From a virus (Duplodnaviria; Caudoviricetes): a stretch of 54,092 nt of DNA. The notes beneath the pieces are model-generated. The model worked only from the letters and a program-made list of their open reading frames with translations, made no database searches and had not been told where the DNA came from. Positions 23,182 to 32,975 of this stretch are shown in pieces (positions within the stretch are counted from its first letter, which is position 1; each line of letters starts with the position of its first letter). Position numbers and translations under genes: made by a program. The stretch lies in the IMG/VR virus record IMGVR_UViG_3300047557_001894, positions 1-54,092 of that record. One strand, given 5' to 3'.

Positions 23182-25862
23182 TGCACACCGCGAAGATGTA
23201 CCGGCATCTGCCGATCTCTCCGCTGTCCGACATGGACATGGAGCGGCTGGCGACAGACTCCAACTGTGCGCGGTGCTCGCTCGCGCTGGGAGCCAGCACG
23301 ATCTGTATGGACGCAGAGCTCTCCAACACGACTGGCAAACCCGTCGAGGGTGATCCGGTCATGGCTCTGGTCTTGGACTACCCCAGCCGCAACGAGGACG
23401 CGACGGGGCGGCCGATGGTGGGCCAATCAGGGCAGCTCCTCCGCGATCTGGTGAAGAAGCACTGGAAGGGGAACGTCCTGATCGACAACGCCGTTCGGTG
23501 CTCTCCTGGCCGCACGGAGGTTGACGAGTCGAACGTGGATGCCTGCCGCCCGTATGGCGCGGATCGGCTTTCCGGGTTCAACGGGAGCATCGACCGCATC
23601 CTCACGATGGGGACGTGGGCAAGCTACTCAGTCCTGGGGTTCAAGGTACCCACGCTATCCGCGAGGGGCGGATACGGCTGGTACTTGGACGAGTCCAAGA
23701 TCGAGCAGGGTATGCGAGCGGCGCTCGTGCCCGTGTACATCTTGCCGAACCCCACGGCAGCCTTGCGCAATCACTTCCTGCGCAAGGACTTCGTATCGGA
23801 CTTCGAGTACGCGGCTACGCGCCCGACTCCAGCGTTCGACGTGATCGACGCTCAGATCAAGCTGGTCGAGGATTGCAACGACGCAGTGGATTTCGTTGCG
23901 TGGGCGCACCAGCAGTCGGCGGTCGCGTTCGACACCGAGACCGCCGGGAAGATGCACAACCGCAACTTCCGGGTGCACGCGGTCAGCTTCGCTTCGCCAG
24001 ACGACCCCTCCGTCGTGTGGGTGTTCGGTCGCAAAGCCCTGAGCGATCCGAAGGTCGTCGCGTGGCTCAAGCACATCTTGGAGAACGAAGACATCTCCAA
24101 GATCGGGCACAACATCAAGTACGACATGCTGGCGATGTGGTGCGCGTTCCGCATCCAGACCCAAGCAGTCGACCTGCACGACACCCGCCTGATCCGCAAG
24201 CTCTTGGAGGCGACCATCGACGGTGGCCTCGACGTAGCTGCAACGCTCGTCGGGATGGGCGGCCACAAGCGCGAAGCGAACGACGCGATCAAGGCCATCC
24301 GAAAAGACCTGGCAGCGCTCGCAGGGGAGGCGAATCGTAAGCCGCTCGCCTCGGGCAAACCGAGAGCCCCGGTGAAGACCGCGTACCTCGATCGTGCGGA
24401 GGTGGAGAACAGCCACCTCGAAGAGATCAGGGCCGGGGAGGATACCTGGACGTTCGCCTACGGGTATCTGCCGGACGACATCCTGCACCGATACAACGCG
24501 ATGGACGCCATGGCGACGGCGATGCTCTTCTCGCGCGTCCTACCCAGGATCACCGCACTGCCTGGGCGGCTCGCCGTCTACAACGAAGTCTCGATGACTG
24601 CCGTACGGGCGTTGTTCGAGATGGAGAAGTGGGGGCTCAAGCTCGACACGATGGCCGTACAGCAGTTCAGCATGTACCTGAACATGAAGCTGGACGCGAT
24701 CGACGCGCGCTTGAAGGTCTACGGCGAGGTCAACTTCGACTCGCCGAAGCAGCTCGCAGAGCTGCTGTACGACAAGCTCGGACTGACCGAGCCGAAGAAC
24801 TCCCGCACCGCGAGTGGGCAGCGCGGCACGGGCGAAGAGGTGCTGCTCCAGCTCGCCTCCCAGCACAAGATCGTCCGAGACATCCTCGAACGTCGCACGC
24901 TGGTGAAGCTCAAGGGGACGTACGCGGACCCGCTGATCCGGTACCGCCGAGACGACGGGCGCGTTCACTCGACGACGCTCACGGACGGCGCGGAGTCGGG
25001 TCGCTTGTCGAGCCAAGACCCGAACATGCAGAACGCACCCTCTCCCGACCGGGATGAGGAGGGTGGCGAGCAGTACGGGCACATGAGCCGCGACTGCTAC
25101 GTGGCCGAGGATGGCTTCATCTTCTTGGAGGTAGACACCAAGCAGCAGGAGGCTCGCGTTGCAGCGAAGCTCTCTGGCGATGATGTCCTTCTAGGCTGCT
25201 TTTCCTCTGGCGAAGACATCCACCGCACCACCGCTTCGGTGGTCTATGGGATCGCGCCAGGGAATGTCACGAAGAAGCAGCGGTCGGATTGTAAGACCGT
25301 GTTCTTCGGCCTACTGTACGGCAAGACGGACTACGGGCTGGCCAAGCAGCTCGGGATCACCGACAAAGAGGCGGCCCGTATCCGTGGGGTCATCCTCGGG
25401 CGCTTCAAGAAGCTCGCCCGATGGTGCTTGAAACAGGTTGAGTTCGGCCGCGAGCACGGCGGCGTCTTCACTTGGTGGAACGGGCACGCAGAAGCGCGTT
25501 GGCGCCCGCTCTACGGCATCGCTGCCCAAGGCGACGAAGGCAAGGGGCAGCGGTTCAACGCGGAGAACAGCACAGTCAACACGCCCATTCAGGGTCTCGC
25601 CGGGGACATCGTAACGGCGAGTCTGTGGAAGCTGGTGTGCGCGCTCCGCGAGGAGCGGATCGAGGCCCGGCTCGTGAACACGGTGCACGACTCAATGATG
25701 GTCGAGGTTCGCATCGGCCAGGAGCTCGCAGCGGCTCGCGTGATGAAGGCGGCCATCCTCTCGCAAAACTGCGAGGGTGTAGACCTAGACGTGGACTTCA
25801 AGAAAGGCGCGTCGTGGGGCTCGATGGCTGAGTGGAAGCCGAACTTTTCGGAGGCAGCGTGA
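23178..25862 (+). CDS. polA: Family A DNA polymerase with N-terminal family-4 UDG-like domain and 3'-5' exonuclease
   Basis: UDG-like: CARC, EDATGRPMVGQSGQLL, NAVRC, CRPY. Exonuclease: FDTET, GHNIKYD, YNAMD. Polymerase: NFDSPKQL, GRLSSQDPNMQN, motif A DTKQQEAR, motif B KTVFFGLLYG, motif C VHDS. Confidence 0.96.
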   Translation: MMHTAKMYRHLPISPLSDMDMERLATDSNCARCSLALGASTICMDAELSNTTGKPVEGDPVMALVLDYPSRNEDATGRPMVGQSGQLLRDLVKKHWKGNVLIDNAVRCSPGRTEVDESNVDACRPYGADRLSGFNGSIDRILTMGTWASYSVLGFKVPTLSARGGYGWYLDESKIEQGMRAALVPVYILPNPTAALRNHFLRKDFVSDFEYAATRPTPAFDVIDAQIKLVEDCNDAVDFVAWAHQQSAVAFDTETAGKMHNRNFRVHAVSFASPDDPSVVWVFGRKALSDPKVVAWLKHILENEDISKIGHNIKYDMLAMWCAFRIQTQAVDLHDTRLIRKLLEATIDGGLDVAATLVGMGGHKREANDAIKAIRKDLAALAGEANRKPLASGKPRAPVKTAYLDRAEVENSHLEEIRAGEDTWTFAYGYLPDDILHRYNAMDAMATAMLFSRVLPRITALPGRLAVYNEVSMTAVRALFEMEKWGLKLDTMAVQQFSMYLNMKLDAIDARLKVYGEVNFDSPKQLAELLYDKLGLTEPKNSRTASGQRGTGEEVLLQLASQHKIVRDILERRTLVKLKGTYADPLIRYRRDDGRVHSTTLTDGAESGRLSSQDPNMQNAPSPDRDEEGGEQYGHMSRDCYVAEDGFIFLEVDTKQQEARVAAKLSGDDVLLGCFSSGEDIHRTTASVVYGIAPGNVTKKQRSDCKTVFFGLLYGKTDYGLAKQLGITDKEAARIRGVILGRFKKLARWCLKQVEFGREHGGVFTWWNGHAEARWRPLYGIAAQGDEGKGQRFNAENSTVNTPIQGLAGDIVTASLWKLVCALREERIEARLVNTVHDSMMVEVRIGQELAAARVMKAAILSQNCEGVDLDVDFKKGASWGSMAEWKPNFSEAA

Positions 25863-25878
25863 CCAAGGAGCCTAGCCG

Positions 25879-26172
25879 ATGAAGGTTCCCGAGGGCGTCG
25901 AGTACGACTACAGGGCTGGGCAAGTTCCCGGCGCAGAACTCATCGCAGCGTACATGAGCCTGCACCCCGGATGGACGTGCAGGGGTGTGGACGACGACGC
26001 GAACGCCATCGGCGCTACGTGGATCGAGACCTGGGAAGGTAAGGTCGTGGCGAGCGCCTCTTACACGAAGGACCAGAGCAAGGCTCTCGGTCTTCGGGGG
26101 CTCATGTACGCCCGGACCTTCGTAGCCGTCTCGGTTGCAGAAGGGTTCGCGATGCTCGCGGGTACGGCGTGA
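25879..26172 (+). CDS. Hypothetical protein
   Basis: AAGGAG RBS. Confidence 0.7.
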   Translation: MKVPEGVEYDYRAGQVPGAELIAAYMSLHPGWTCRGVDDDANAIGATWIETWEGKVVASASYTKDQSKALGLRGLMYARTFVAVSVAEGFAMLAGTA

Positions 26173-26672
26173 GCCGTAGGGTCTGGAACATCGACTCCAC
26201 TCAAATCGAGGAGGAGTTCATTCGGCTGCCGGGAGACCTAGCAAGTCTCTCGGAGCTGCACGTCGAAGCGGCAGAGTCCGCTGAGTATGCAGACCTGGCC
26301 CTAGAGATTCTGGAGGCCAGAGCCACCGCCGAGATTCGAGAGCACGCGAAGCTGATGGGCGACAACGCCACGGTCAACTTCCTGTCCTCGAAGCTCAAGC
26401 TGCGCCCCGATTGGCAGAGCGCAAAGAGGGAATCCATCGCAAGGCGTGCCGAAGAGGCCAGAGCGAAAGCAATGGTCAACGCGGTCATCGCGAAGCGTGA
26501 GATGCTCATTTCGTTGGGCGCCCACATCCGAGCTCAACTCATGGGCGACCCAACCACCCGAGCGAAGGGGTCGATCAGTCGATCCAGCCGCAAGGGATCG
26601 TTCGAGGATCACGATTGGTCCTCGGACACGAACCATCACGACGGAAGTAGAGACGACGATGAACCGACCTAA
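26169..26672 (+). CDS. Helical protein, possibly UvsY-like recombination mediator
   Basis: Long amphipathic helices ending KREMLISLGAHIRA; directly upstream of SSB. Assignment from memory. Confidence 0.45.
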   Translation: MSRRVWNIDSTQIEEEFIRLPGDLASLSELHVEAAESAEYADLALEILEARATAEIREHAKLMGDNATVNFLSSKLKLRPDWQSAKRESIARRAEEARAKAMVNAVIAKREMLISLGAHIRAQLMGDPTTRAKGSISRSSRKGSFEDHDWSSDTNHHDGSRDDDEPT

Positions 26673-27519
26673 GAGCACGGACCCGATGGACGATCCCATG
26701 GACAACCCGATCGACGACGGGGACGATTCCCGCTACGACGATCCGGGGGCGGGGGAGAACCACAAGGGCAGCCGTACGGGCGTGGCGCTGTGGGGAGACT
26801 TCGACGACGAGTCGGCGCGCGAGCAGGCCGACCGCGACGAGAAGGACCGCGGCGTCGGCAAGTTCCTCAAGCTCAAGGAGGGCAAGACCATCCTGCGCGT
26901 GCTGCCCCCGGCACGCGGAGAGAAGGTTCCCTTCAAGACGGTGTGGGAGCACAACCTGAAGCTGCCGGGTGGCAACGTCGCGTTCGCCTGCCCGCGCAAC
27001 AACTTCAAGCTGCCCTGCCCTGCTTGCCAGCAGGAGTCCAAGCTCAAGCAGGAGGGCATGGACGAGCGCGCCAAGGGCTTCCGAGCCAAGAAGCGCTACT
27101 ACGCGAACGTCATCGTTCGCGGTGAAGAAGAGCTCGGCCCCCGCATCTGGGGCTTCGGCGCGATGATCGAGGAAGACCTCATGTCGATCCGCAACGACGG
27201 CGGCGTGAACTTCTCGCACCCCATCTCGGGCGTCGATCTGATCGTGACCCGCAAGGGCACGGGTGAGAACGACACCGAATACAAGGTGATCGCGAACCCC
27301 AAGGGCCCCACGCCGCTTGCCTCCGACGAGGTGATGCAAGAGCTCGCGGAGTCGATGCACGATCTGGGGTCGATCGTCCGCACGAAGACCGCTTCGGAGA
27401 TCATCGACGCCATCGCGGGTCGCGTGAGCAACGACCGCGGCGGCAACCGGCTGGGCAGCGGTGAGCAGCCCAGGGGCGGCGGGGCCGCCGCGCAGCTCCG
27501 TAACAGCAACCGCCGGTAG
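26659..27519 (+). CDS. gp32-like single-stranded DNA-binding protein
   Basis: LRVLPP, H...C...CPAC Zn ligands, KKRYYANV, HP..G.DL..TRKGTG..TEY. Confidence 0.85.
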   Translation: MNRPKSTDPMDDPMDNPIDDGDDSRYDDPGAGENHKGSRTGVALWGDFDDESAREQADRDEKDRGVGKFLKLKEGKTILRVLPPARGEKVPFKTVWEHNLKLPGGNVAFACPRNNFKLPCPACQQESKLKQEGMDERAKGFRAKKRYYANVIVRGEEELGPRIWGFGAMIEEDLMSIRNDGGVNFSHPISGVDLIVTRKGTGENDTEYKVIANPKGPTPLASDEVMQELAESMHDLGSIVRTKTASEIIDAIAGRVSNDRGGNRLGSGEQPRGGGAAAQLRNSNRR

Positions 27520-27530
27520 TCCGGCTGGTT

Positions 27531-27581
27531 TCCGCGGCCTGGCGGTGGCCGAGTTCGGGTTCGATTCCCGACCGCGGAGCA
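27531..27581 (+). ncRNA. tRNA-like mini-element (acceptor stem + T arm only)
   Basis: TCCGCGG (27531-37) pairs with CCGCGGA (27572-78); TCGGG-TTCGATT-CCCGA T arm; only 17 nt where the D and anticodon arms would be. Confidence 0.6.
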
Positions 27582-27593
27582 AGGAGTAACAGG

Positions 27594-28904
27594 ATGAGCG
27601 CGACTTTGGATGCGTTCGCGTTCTGCGCGGACGTGCATCTGGGCAACATGCGGTCGTACGCGAAGCCCTGGTTGGGCTCTCTCAACTCTCGGGCGAAGCA
27701 CTCCCTCGATAGCCTCACTTGGTTTCTAGGGAGCTGTGTTCACAGCAAGACGCCCGTAATCTGCGGAGACCTGTTCGACTACCCGAACCCAGAAGCGATG
27801 CTGCTGGCGAAGGTCGCGGGCATTCGGGGGATGAATAACTCCATCCAGCTCCTCGGGAACCACGACCAGCACAGCAAGGAAGTGGGGGACAACGCTCTAT
27901 CGGCTCTCCGCGTCGGTCGCGCCATTACGGAGCCGAAAGTCGTAGGCGCACGCCTAGCACTGGTGCCGTTCGAGCCGGGAGTAGCGCCCGCAGAGCTCAT
28001 CGAGCGGGCGCTGAAAGGTAATCCGATCCCCACGACGACCTACTCGCCGAGGTTCATGGCGATCCACGCTGGCATTGCCGACGCTGGGACGCCTGAGTTC
28101 ATGCTCCACAAGAAGGACGAGTACATCCAAGTCAGCGACTTGGTGGACTTGATGGAGCAGTACGACATCGACACCTGCTTCGCGGGCAACTGGCATGAGC
28201 CGCGGTCGTGGAAGATGAACCCGAGTGGCAAGCCGCGGCGGGTGATCCAGTGCGGCGCGTTGTGCCCGACGGGGTTCGACAACGAGGGCCTGCTCTACGG
28301 ACTCTCGTACACCACGCAAAGGACCGACAAGTGGACTCGCACGGCGGACGCGCCGACGATGATCCTGACGCGCGGGCCGCGATTCCTCACTCTCCGACAG
28401 GATGAGCCGATCCTGCTGCGCGTGATCGAGGCGTACTCCCGCATCCTCACGCTCGACGAGCACTGCCGTGGTCTGTCCGCGCTGAGCGGGCCGCACGACT
28501 GGCCGAGGCAGTCAGTGTTGGCTCTTGGGCCCAAGACCATGTACTCGGGGCTGTGCCTCTCGGACTTCGCATCGGCCCTGTATGTCAACGTGAAGGTCGA
28601 CCCTCGGTCGAGCATCGCCAAGATTCGCTCGGATGCTGAGGACACCATCAACACAGCGCTCTCGCTGCACCCTGCATCCCGCCGCAGATACAACCCAGAC
28701 GGGGTGCTGGAGTATTTGAGCGTCACGCCCGACGCAAAGGCGCAGGAGCGGACGCACGAAGACGCAACGCGCAAAGCGCTGCACGACTCCCGCGGGTTTC
28801 GCGAGCGCGTCGAGACCTACTTGGACTCGATGGAAGTCCCCGAGGGCGTGGACCGCGGCGTAGTGCTCGGCAAGGTGATGCACTTTCTCAACAGAGGTAC
28901 CTGA
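27594..28904 (+). CDS. Mre11/SbcD/gp47-like nuclease
   Basis: Metallophosphoesterase motifs DVHLG, GDLFD, GNHD, IHAG, GNWH. Confidence 0.9.
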   Translation: MSATLDAFAFCADVHLGNMRSYAKPWLGSLNSRAKHSLDSLTWFLGSCVHSKTPVICGDLFDYPNPEAMLLAKVAGIRGMNNSIQLLGNHDQHSKEVGDNALSALRVGRAITEPKVVGARLALVPFEPGVAPAELIERALKGNPIPTTTYSPRFMAIHAGIADAGTPEFMLHKKDEYIQVSDLVDLMEQYDIDTCFAGNWHEPRSWKMNPSGKPRRVIQCGALCPTGFDNEGLLYGLSYTTQRTDKWTRTADAPTMILTRGPRFLTLRQDEPILLRVIEAYSRILTLDEHCRGLSALSGPHDWPRQSVLALGPKTMYSGLCLSDFASALYVNVKVDPRSSIAKIRSDAEDTINTALSLHPASRRRYNPDGVLEYLSVTPDAKAQERTHEDATRKALHDSRGFRERVETYLDSMEVPEGVDRGVVLGKVMHFLNRGT

Positions 28905-29314
28905 TGCCCTTCATCGTTGCGCCGACCACGCTCTTGAACTCGACCAGCACAGTTTACTCGTACCGTGGTGTCGACATGAACACGCAGAAAGCCAAGCGGG
29001 AGACCGTGTACGAAGAGACTTTCCAGTACGGGGAGCGCAACTGGCGCGACCCTGATTGGATGTTCGAGACTGTGACGCACGCCCAGGCGTTGAACTGGCT
29101 GGAGACCATCGAATCTGCGGGGGCCGAAGTCATCGGACGGTGGGGAGCGAACTTCGCCGTCAACGCACGAGCCTGGGTCGCCAAGGCGGAAGCCATGGGA
29201 CAGACCGAGAGCATCTTCACGGGCAAGCACCTCGTCGTCATGCACATCCTGATGAACAAGATCAGCAAGAAGGTCAGCGCAGAAGTGCTCCAGATGATGA
29301 AGGACGTGACGTGA
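28904..29314 (+). CDS. Hypothetical protein between the nuclease and ATPase subunits
   Basis: TGATG and GTGA coupling on both sides. Confidence 0.7.
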   Translation: MPFIVAPTTLLNSTSTVYSYRGVDMNTQKAKRETVYEETFQYGERNWRDPDWMFETVTHAQALNWLETIESAGAEVIGRWGANFAVNARAWVAKAEAMGQTESIFTGKHLVVMHILMNKISKKVSAEVLQMMKDVT

Positions 29315-30966
29315 AGGGGCTGTCGATCCAGTCGATTCAGATGACCGGGTTCTCCAAGCACAACGAGTCCTGCATCGACCTTCCCAAGAACGGCGTGGTG
29401 CTCGTCACGGGGCCAAACGGCTCTGGCAAGAGCTCGATGATCGACGCAGTGGGCGTCGCCTTCTGGAACGAGCACGTTCGAGGAGTGCCTCTGTGGCGTG
29501 CGAAAGCTGCGGGGGCGGTGACGGTTCTCGCAGATGGGATCGTCGTCGAGCGGGAACGGACCCCTTCGGGTTCGGGGAAGCTCTCGTGGTCGCAGGGCAA
29601 CGACCCCCCGACGCAATTCGAGTCGATGACGAAAGCGCAAACGCAGCTCGGCGTCCTTGTGGGGCCCTACGAGCAGTGGCGCCGTACTCACGTCTTGTGC
29701 GCGGAGGATGGGGAATCGTTCACCCGCGCGTCCGACTCTGCTCGCAAGGAGCTCTTGGAGCAGATGCTCGGTGTCCACGGCTTCGAGGACGCGATCGAGC
29801 GGACGACAGAGGCCCGCAGGCAGGCCGACAAACAGGCCGCGGCTGCGCTTGTGCTGATCGACGCCTCCGAGAAGGGCATGGACTCTACCCAGACCCTCAT
29901 CGACAAGATTCCGAAGCCAACCGGGAGCGCGTCAGAAAGCCTGGTAGCTGTGGATGCTCGGCGGGAGGAGCTGCACAAGGTTCAGAAGCTCGTCGAGTTT
30001 CGCCGGGAGCTCGTAGTCGAGTACCGAGGGCGTCTACGGGATGCGGAGAGCGCTCTCTCGAAGGCGACCGGGCTCAAGCTCGCGCACGAGGAAGCTAAGC
30101 CTGTCCGTCAGGATGCCTGTCGGGAGTGCGGACAGGCGATTCCGCCGGGGGACTTCGCTCAACAGATCGAGGGGTGGGAGTCCAAGCACCGTTTGCTCAG
30201 TGCGGCAGAGCTCAAGGCCGAAGCCAGGGCAGAAGGCGCTGGCAAGGAGCTCGAAACAGCCGTTGCGAACGAGCGACTGGCGCGTGCCGAGGCCGATAAC
30301 GTCACGACGGCCTTCTCGAAGGCTCAAGCGGCCTATCAGTCAGAGCTGGACAACGAGCGGCACGCGAAAGCGTGGAAGGGACTGGTCGATGCGTGGTGGG
30401 CGCATAGCGAATCCCGCGACAAGGCCACTCTCGACGCGCAGAAAGCGGAGCAAGAGCTCGCGGTTCTGCACGCCGTGCGTCAGGTACTCGGGCCGAACGG
30501 CATTCGGTCCGTGATGCTCTCCGATGCGCTGGCCTGGCTGACAGACCTGTCGAACGGATGGCTCCAGAAGATCAGCCAGCGCAACCCGCTGCGGGTTTCC
30601 ATCGAGCCCTACGCCGAGCGCGCGGGGGGCGGGGTTCGCAACGCGGTCACGATCAAGGTCTCGACTCCGGGGGGCGTCTACAAGGGCTGCTCCAAGGGGG
30701 AGCAGAAGCGTCTGGACGTTGCGATCCTGCTCGGCATCGCCGAGATGTCGCAGTCCATGCTCGGCATCGAGCCGGGGACGATGTTCGTGGACGAGATCGT
30801 CGACGGTCTGGACGACGAGGGCGTCGAAGCCGTCTGCAAAGCGCTGAATGAGATGGCGCGTACCCGGTGCGTCGTGGTGATCTCCCACAATGAGCGGGTG
30901 TACCGGGCGCTGAAAGCGTCCCGGCACCTTCACGTTGAGGATGGTGAGGTGACCGAGTGCAGATGA
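29311..30966 (+). CDS. Rad50/SbcC/gp46-like ABC ATPase
   Basis: GPNGSGKS, coiled coil with CRECG zinc hook, CSKGE signature, FVDE..DGLD, ISH. Confidence 0.93.
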   Translation: MKGLSIQSIQMTGFSKHNESCIDLPKNGVVLVTGPNGSGKSSMIDAVGVAFWNEHVRGVPLWRAKAAGAVTVLADGIVVERERTPSGSGKLSWSQGNDPPTQFESMTKAQTQLGVLVGPYEQWRRTHVLCAEDGESFTRASDSARKELLEQMLGVHGFEDAIERTTEARRQADKQAAAALVLIDASEKGMDSTQTLIDKIPKPTGSASESLVAVDARREELHKVQKLVEFRRELVVEYRGRLRDAESALSKATGLKLAHEEAKPVRQDACRECGQAIPPGDFAQQIEGWESKHRLLSAAELKAEARAEGAGKELETAVANERLARAEADNVTTAFSKAQAAYQSELDNERHAKAWKGLVDAWWAHSESRDKATLDAQKAEQELAVLHAVRQVLGPNGIRSVMLSDALAWLTDLSNGWLQKISQRNPLRVSIEPYAERAGGGVRNAVTIKVSTPGGVYKGCSKGEQKRLDVAILLGIAEMSQSMLGIEPGTMFVDEIVDGLDDEGVEAVCKALNEMARTRCVVVISHNERVYRALKASRHLHVEDGEVTECR

Positions 30967-31640
30967 TGACGTTCGCCGGGATGAAGCTGGCGATGATCCC
31001 CATGGACCTGATCGTCCAGACGCGCGCCAACTACAAGAAGATGAGCCCGGAGCAGTTTGCTGCACTCCGGGCGAGCATCCAGACCTTCGGGTGGCGTTCG
31101 TTCGTGGTGGTCCGGTCGCTCGACGACGGCACGTTCGAGATCATCGACGGCCACCACCGCTACGAGTTTGCCAAGGGGCGCGGGATGGTGGAGCTGCCCT
31201 GCGTGATCTTGGACGAGAACACCGAGCTGTCAGAGCTCGCGCGGTTCTCGTTCAACGTCGCGGGCGAGGTACTCCCCGACGTGATGCTCTCCGCGATCAA
31301 GGAGCTCGACTCCAAGTACGGCACCACGGACGCGGCGCTGTACACGGGCATGTCGGAGACCTTCGTGGCGGGCTTGATGGCTCAAGCCGAGAGCATCGCG
31401 AACGATGCCATGGTCGATCTGCCTTCGACGAAGGCAGAGAAGCCCAGCAAGGCGGCCGAGGTCGAGGCGCCGAAGCTCACGACCGAGGCGCTCCTGCTGT
31501 CGGAGGCCATCGCGCACAGGGTGGACGGGCTGATCCGCACGAAGTTCCCGAACATGACGAGAGAGCAGCTCATCCTGCGGGCTCTTGTCGCGCTGGAGAC
31601 TCGTGGTGGCACGGAAGAAGAAGAAGCCAGCCTCAACTGA
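30963..31640 (+). CDS. Second ParB/Srx N-terminal domain protein
   Basis: LRASIQTFGW...FEIIDGHHR...ELPCVI; paralog of 12962-13612. Confidence 0.85.
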   Translation: MMTFAGMKLAMIPMDLIVQTRANYKKMSPEQFAALRASIQTFGWRSFVVVRSLDDGTFEIIDGHHRYEFAKGRGMVELPCVILDENTELSELARFSFNVAGEVLPDVMLSAIKELDSKYGTTDAALYTGMSETFVAGLMAQAESIANDAMVDLPSTKAEKPSKAAEVEAPKLTTEALLLSEAIAHRVDGLIRTKFPNMTREQLILRALVALETRGGTEEEEASLN

Positions 31641-32073
31641 TCCCCCGGCGAAGGTGAAACCCACCCGCGCGAACGGCTCTCGCTCCCGAGAGAAGGGGGC
31701 CGAGTTCGAGCGCGAGGTGGCGATCATCTTGCGGGAGTTCTATGCGGAGGCGCGGCGGGGGCTGACGCAATCGCGGAACGGAGCGGAAGTCTCCGACGTA
31801 ACCAACGTGCCGTGGTGGGTGGAGTGCAAGTGGCACAAGGTGCCGCCCAACATCCGAGCGGCGGTAGCCCAGGCGATCACCGCGAGCGGCGGGGCAATGC
31901 CCATCCTGATCGTGACCAAGGCAGGCCGCGATCCTGACCCGCTCGTGACCGTGCCGATGAGCCAGTGGTTGAAGGAGCACCGCGAGCTGTTGTCCTTGCG
32001 GGCTGAGAACAAGGCGTTGATGGAGGAGTTCATCGCGTGGCGAAAAGAGGTCGAAGCCGGGAGAACCGCGTAA
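31606..32073 (+). CDS. PD-(D/E)xK Holliday junction resolvase-like nuclease
   Basis: SREKGAEFEREVA...SDV...VECK; GGAG RBS before GTG. Confidence 0.8.
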   Translation: MARKKKKPASTDPPAKVKPTRANGSRSREKGAEFEREVAIILREFYAEARRGLTQSRNGAEVSDVTNVPWWVECKWHKVPPNIRAAVAQAITASGGAMPILIVTKAGRDPDPLVTVPMSQWLKEHRELLSLRAENKALMEEFIAWRKEVEAGRTA

Positions 32074-32975
32074 ACAGGGCGCGGTGGACACCTGAGCTGG
32101 TCGCAATCCTAACGGCCCGCTGGCCAGACCCAGGCCAGCGGGCCGATTGTTTGAAGCTCTTTACAGAAAAGGGGTTCCCGTACCAAGCGGTGACGCGGAA
32201 GGCTGTTGCCCTCGGGCTCTACGCGCCCTTCACGATGGGTGACGAGGAGCTGATCGACAAGTTCTACAAGTCCGACCGAGCCAAGCTCTTCAAGCTGCTC
32301 GCGGACCGTCACAGCTACACCAGTGTCCAGCTTCACTGGCGCAAGATGTTCTTGGCGGGGAGGAGCCGTCACACGCGCCGCAAGGCGCACTGGTCGCGCG
32401 AAGAGGATGCGACGCTCCGGCGCATGGTGCAGGAGCTCTACGGCTACCGAGCGATCCGTACCGCGCTGAATAGGCGCACCCACAAGCAGATCAGGGCCCG
32501 CATTCGCAAGCTCGGGCTCACGTCCGAGAGGCCGCAGGGCATGGCGACGATCACAGAGATCGCCAATAAAGCGGGTTTCTCGTGGAAGATGGTCAAGCGC
32601 GAGCTGGAGGCCGCGGGGGTCATCATCCACGTCACGAACCGTATGACGACGGAGCGGGGTCGCAAGCGCACGCACATGCTCGTGGACGAGTGCGACGCCA
32701 TGGAGGCCATGGAGGCGTTCGTCGCGAAGCTGAACCGCTGTGTCGGGTGGAAAGACCTCGCGCAGGAGTTCAAGACCAGCATCCAGACGCTCCAGACAGC
32801 CTGCCGAATCTACAAGGTGGCCTTCCCTGCTGCGCCTGCACCAGGGGTGAAGGTCCAATTCGAGCCTGAGAAGGCCGACGAGATTCGCGAGGCGATGCGC
32901 AAGCACCGCGCGAACCCCATTCCAGACGGACCGAAGACCAGCAAGGCGCGCAAAGCATGGGAAGCCAGTGTGTGA
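32037..32975 (+). CDS. Multi-HTH (Myb/SANT-like repeat) DNA-binding protein
   Basis: WTPE..L, FT.GDEELI and WSREEDATL...RT..QIRARIRKLGL repeats, then ITEIANKAG HTH; GGAGG RBS. Confidence 0.65.
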   Translation: MAKRGRSRENRVNRARWTPELVAILTARWPDPGQRADCLKLFTEKGFPYQAVTRKAVALGLYAPFTMGDEELIDKFYKSDRAKLFKLLADRHSYTSVQLHWRKMFLAGRSRHTRRKAHWSREEDATLRRMVQELYGYRAIRTALNRRTHKQIRARIRKLGLTSERPQGMATITEIANKAGFSWKMVKRELEAAGVIIHVTNRMTTERGRKRTHMLVDECDAMEAMEAFVAKLNRCVGWKDLAQEFKTSIQTLQTACRIYKVAFPAAPAPGVKVQFEPEKADEIREAMRKHRANPIPDGPKTSKARKAWEASV

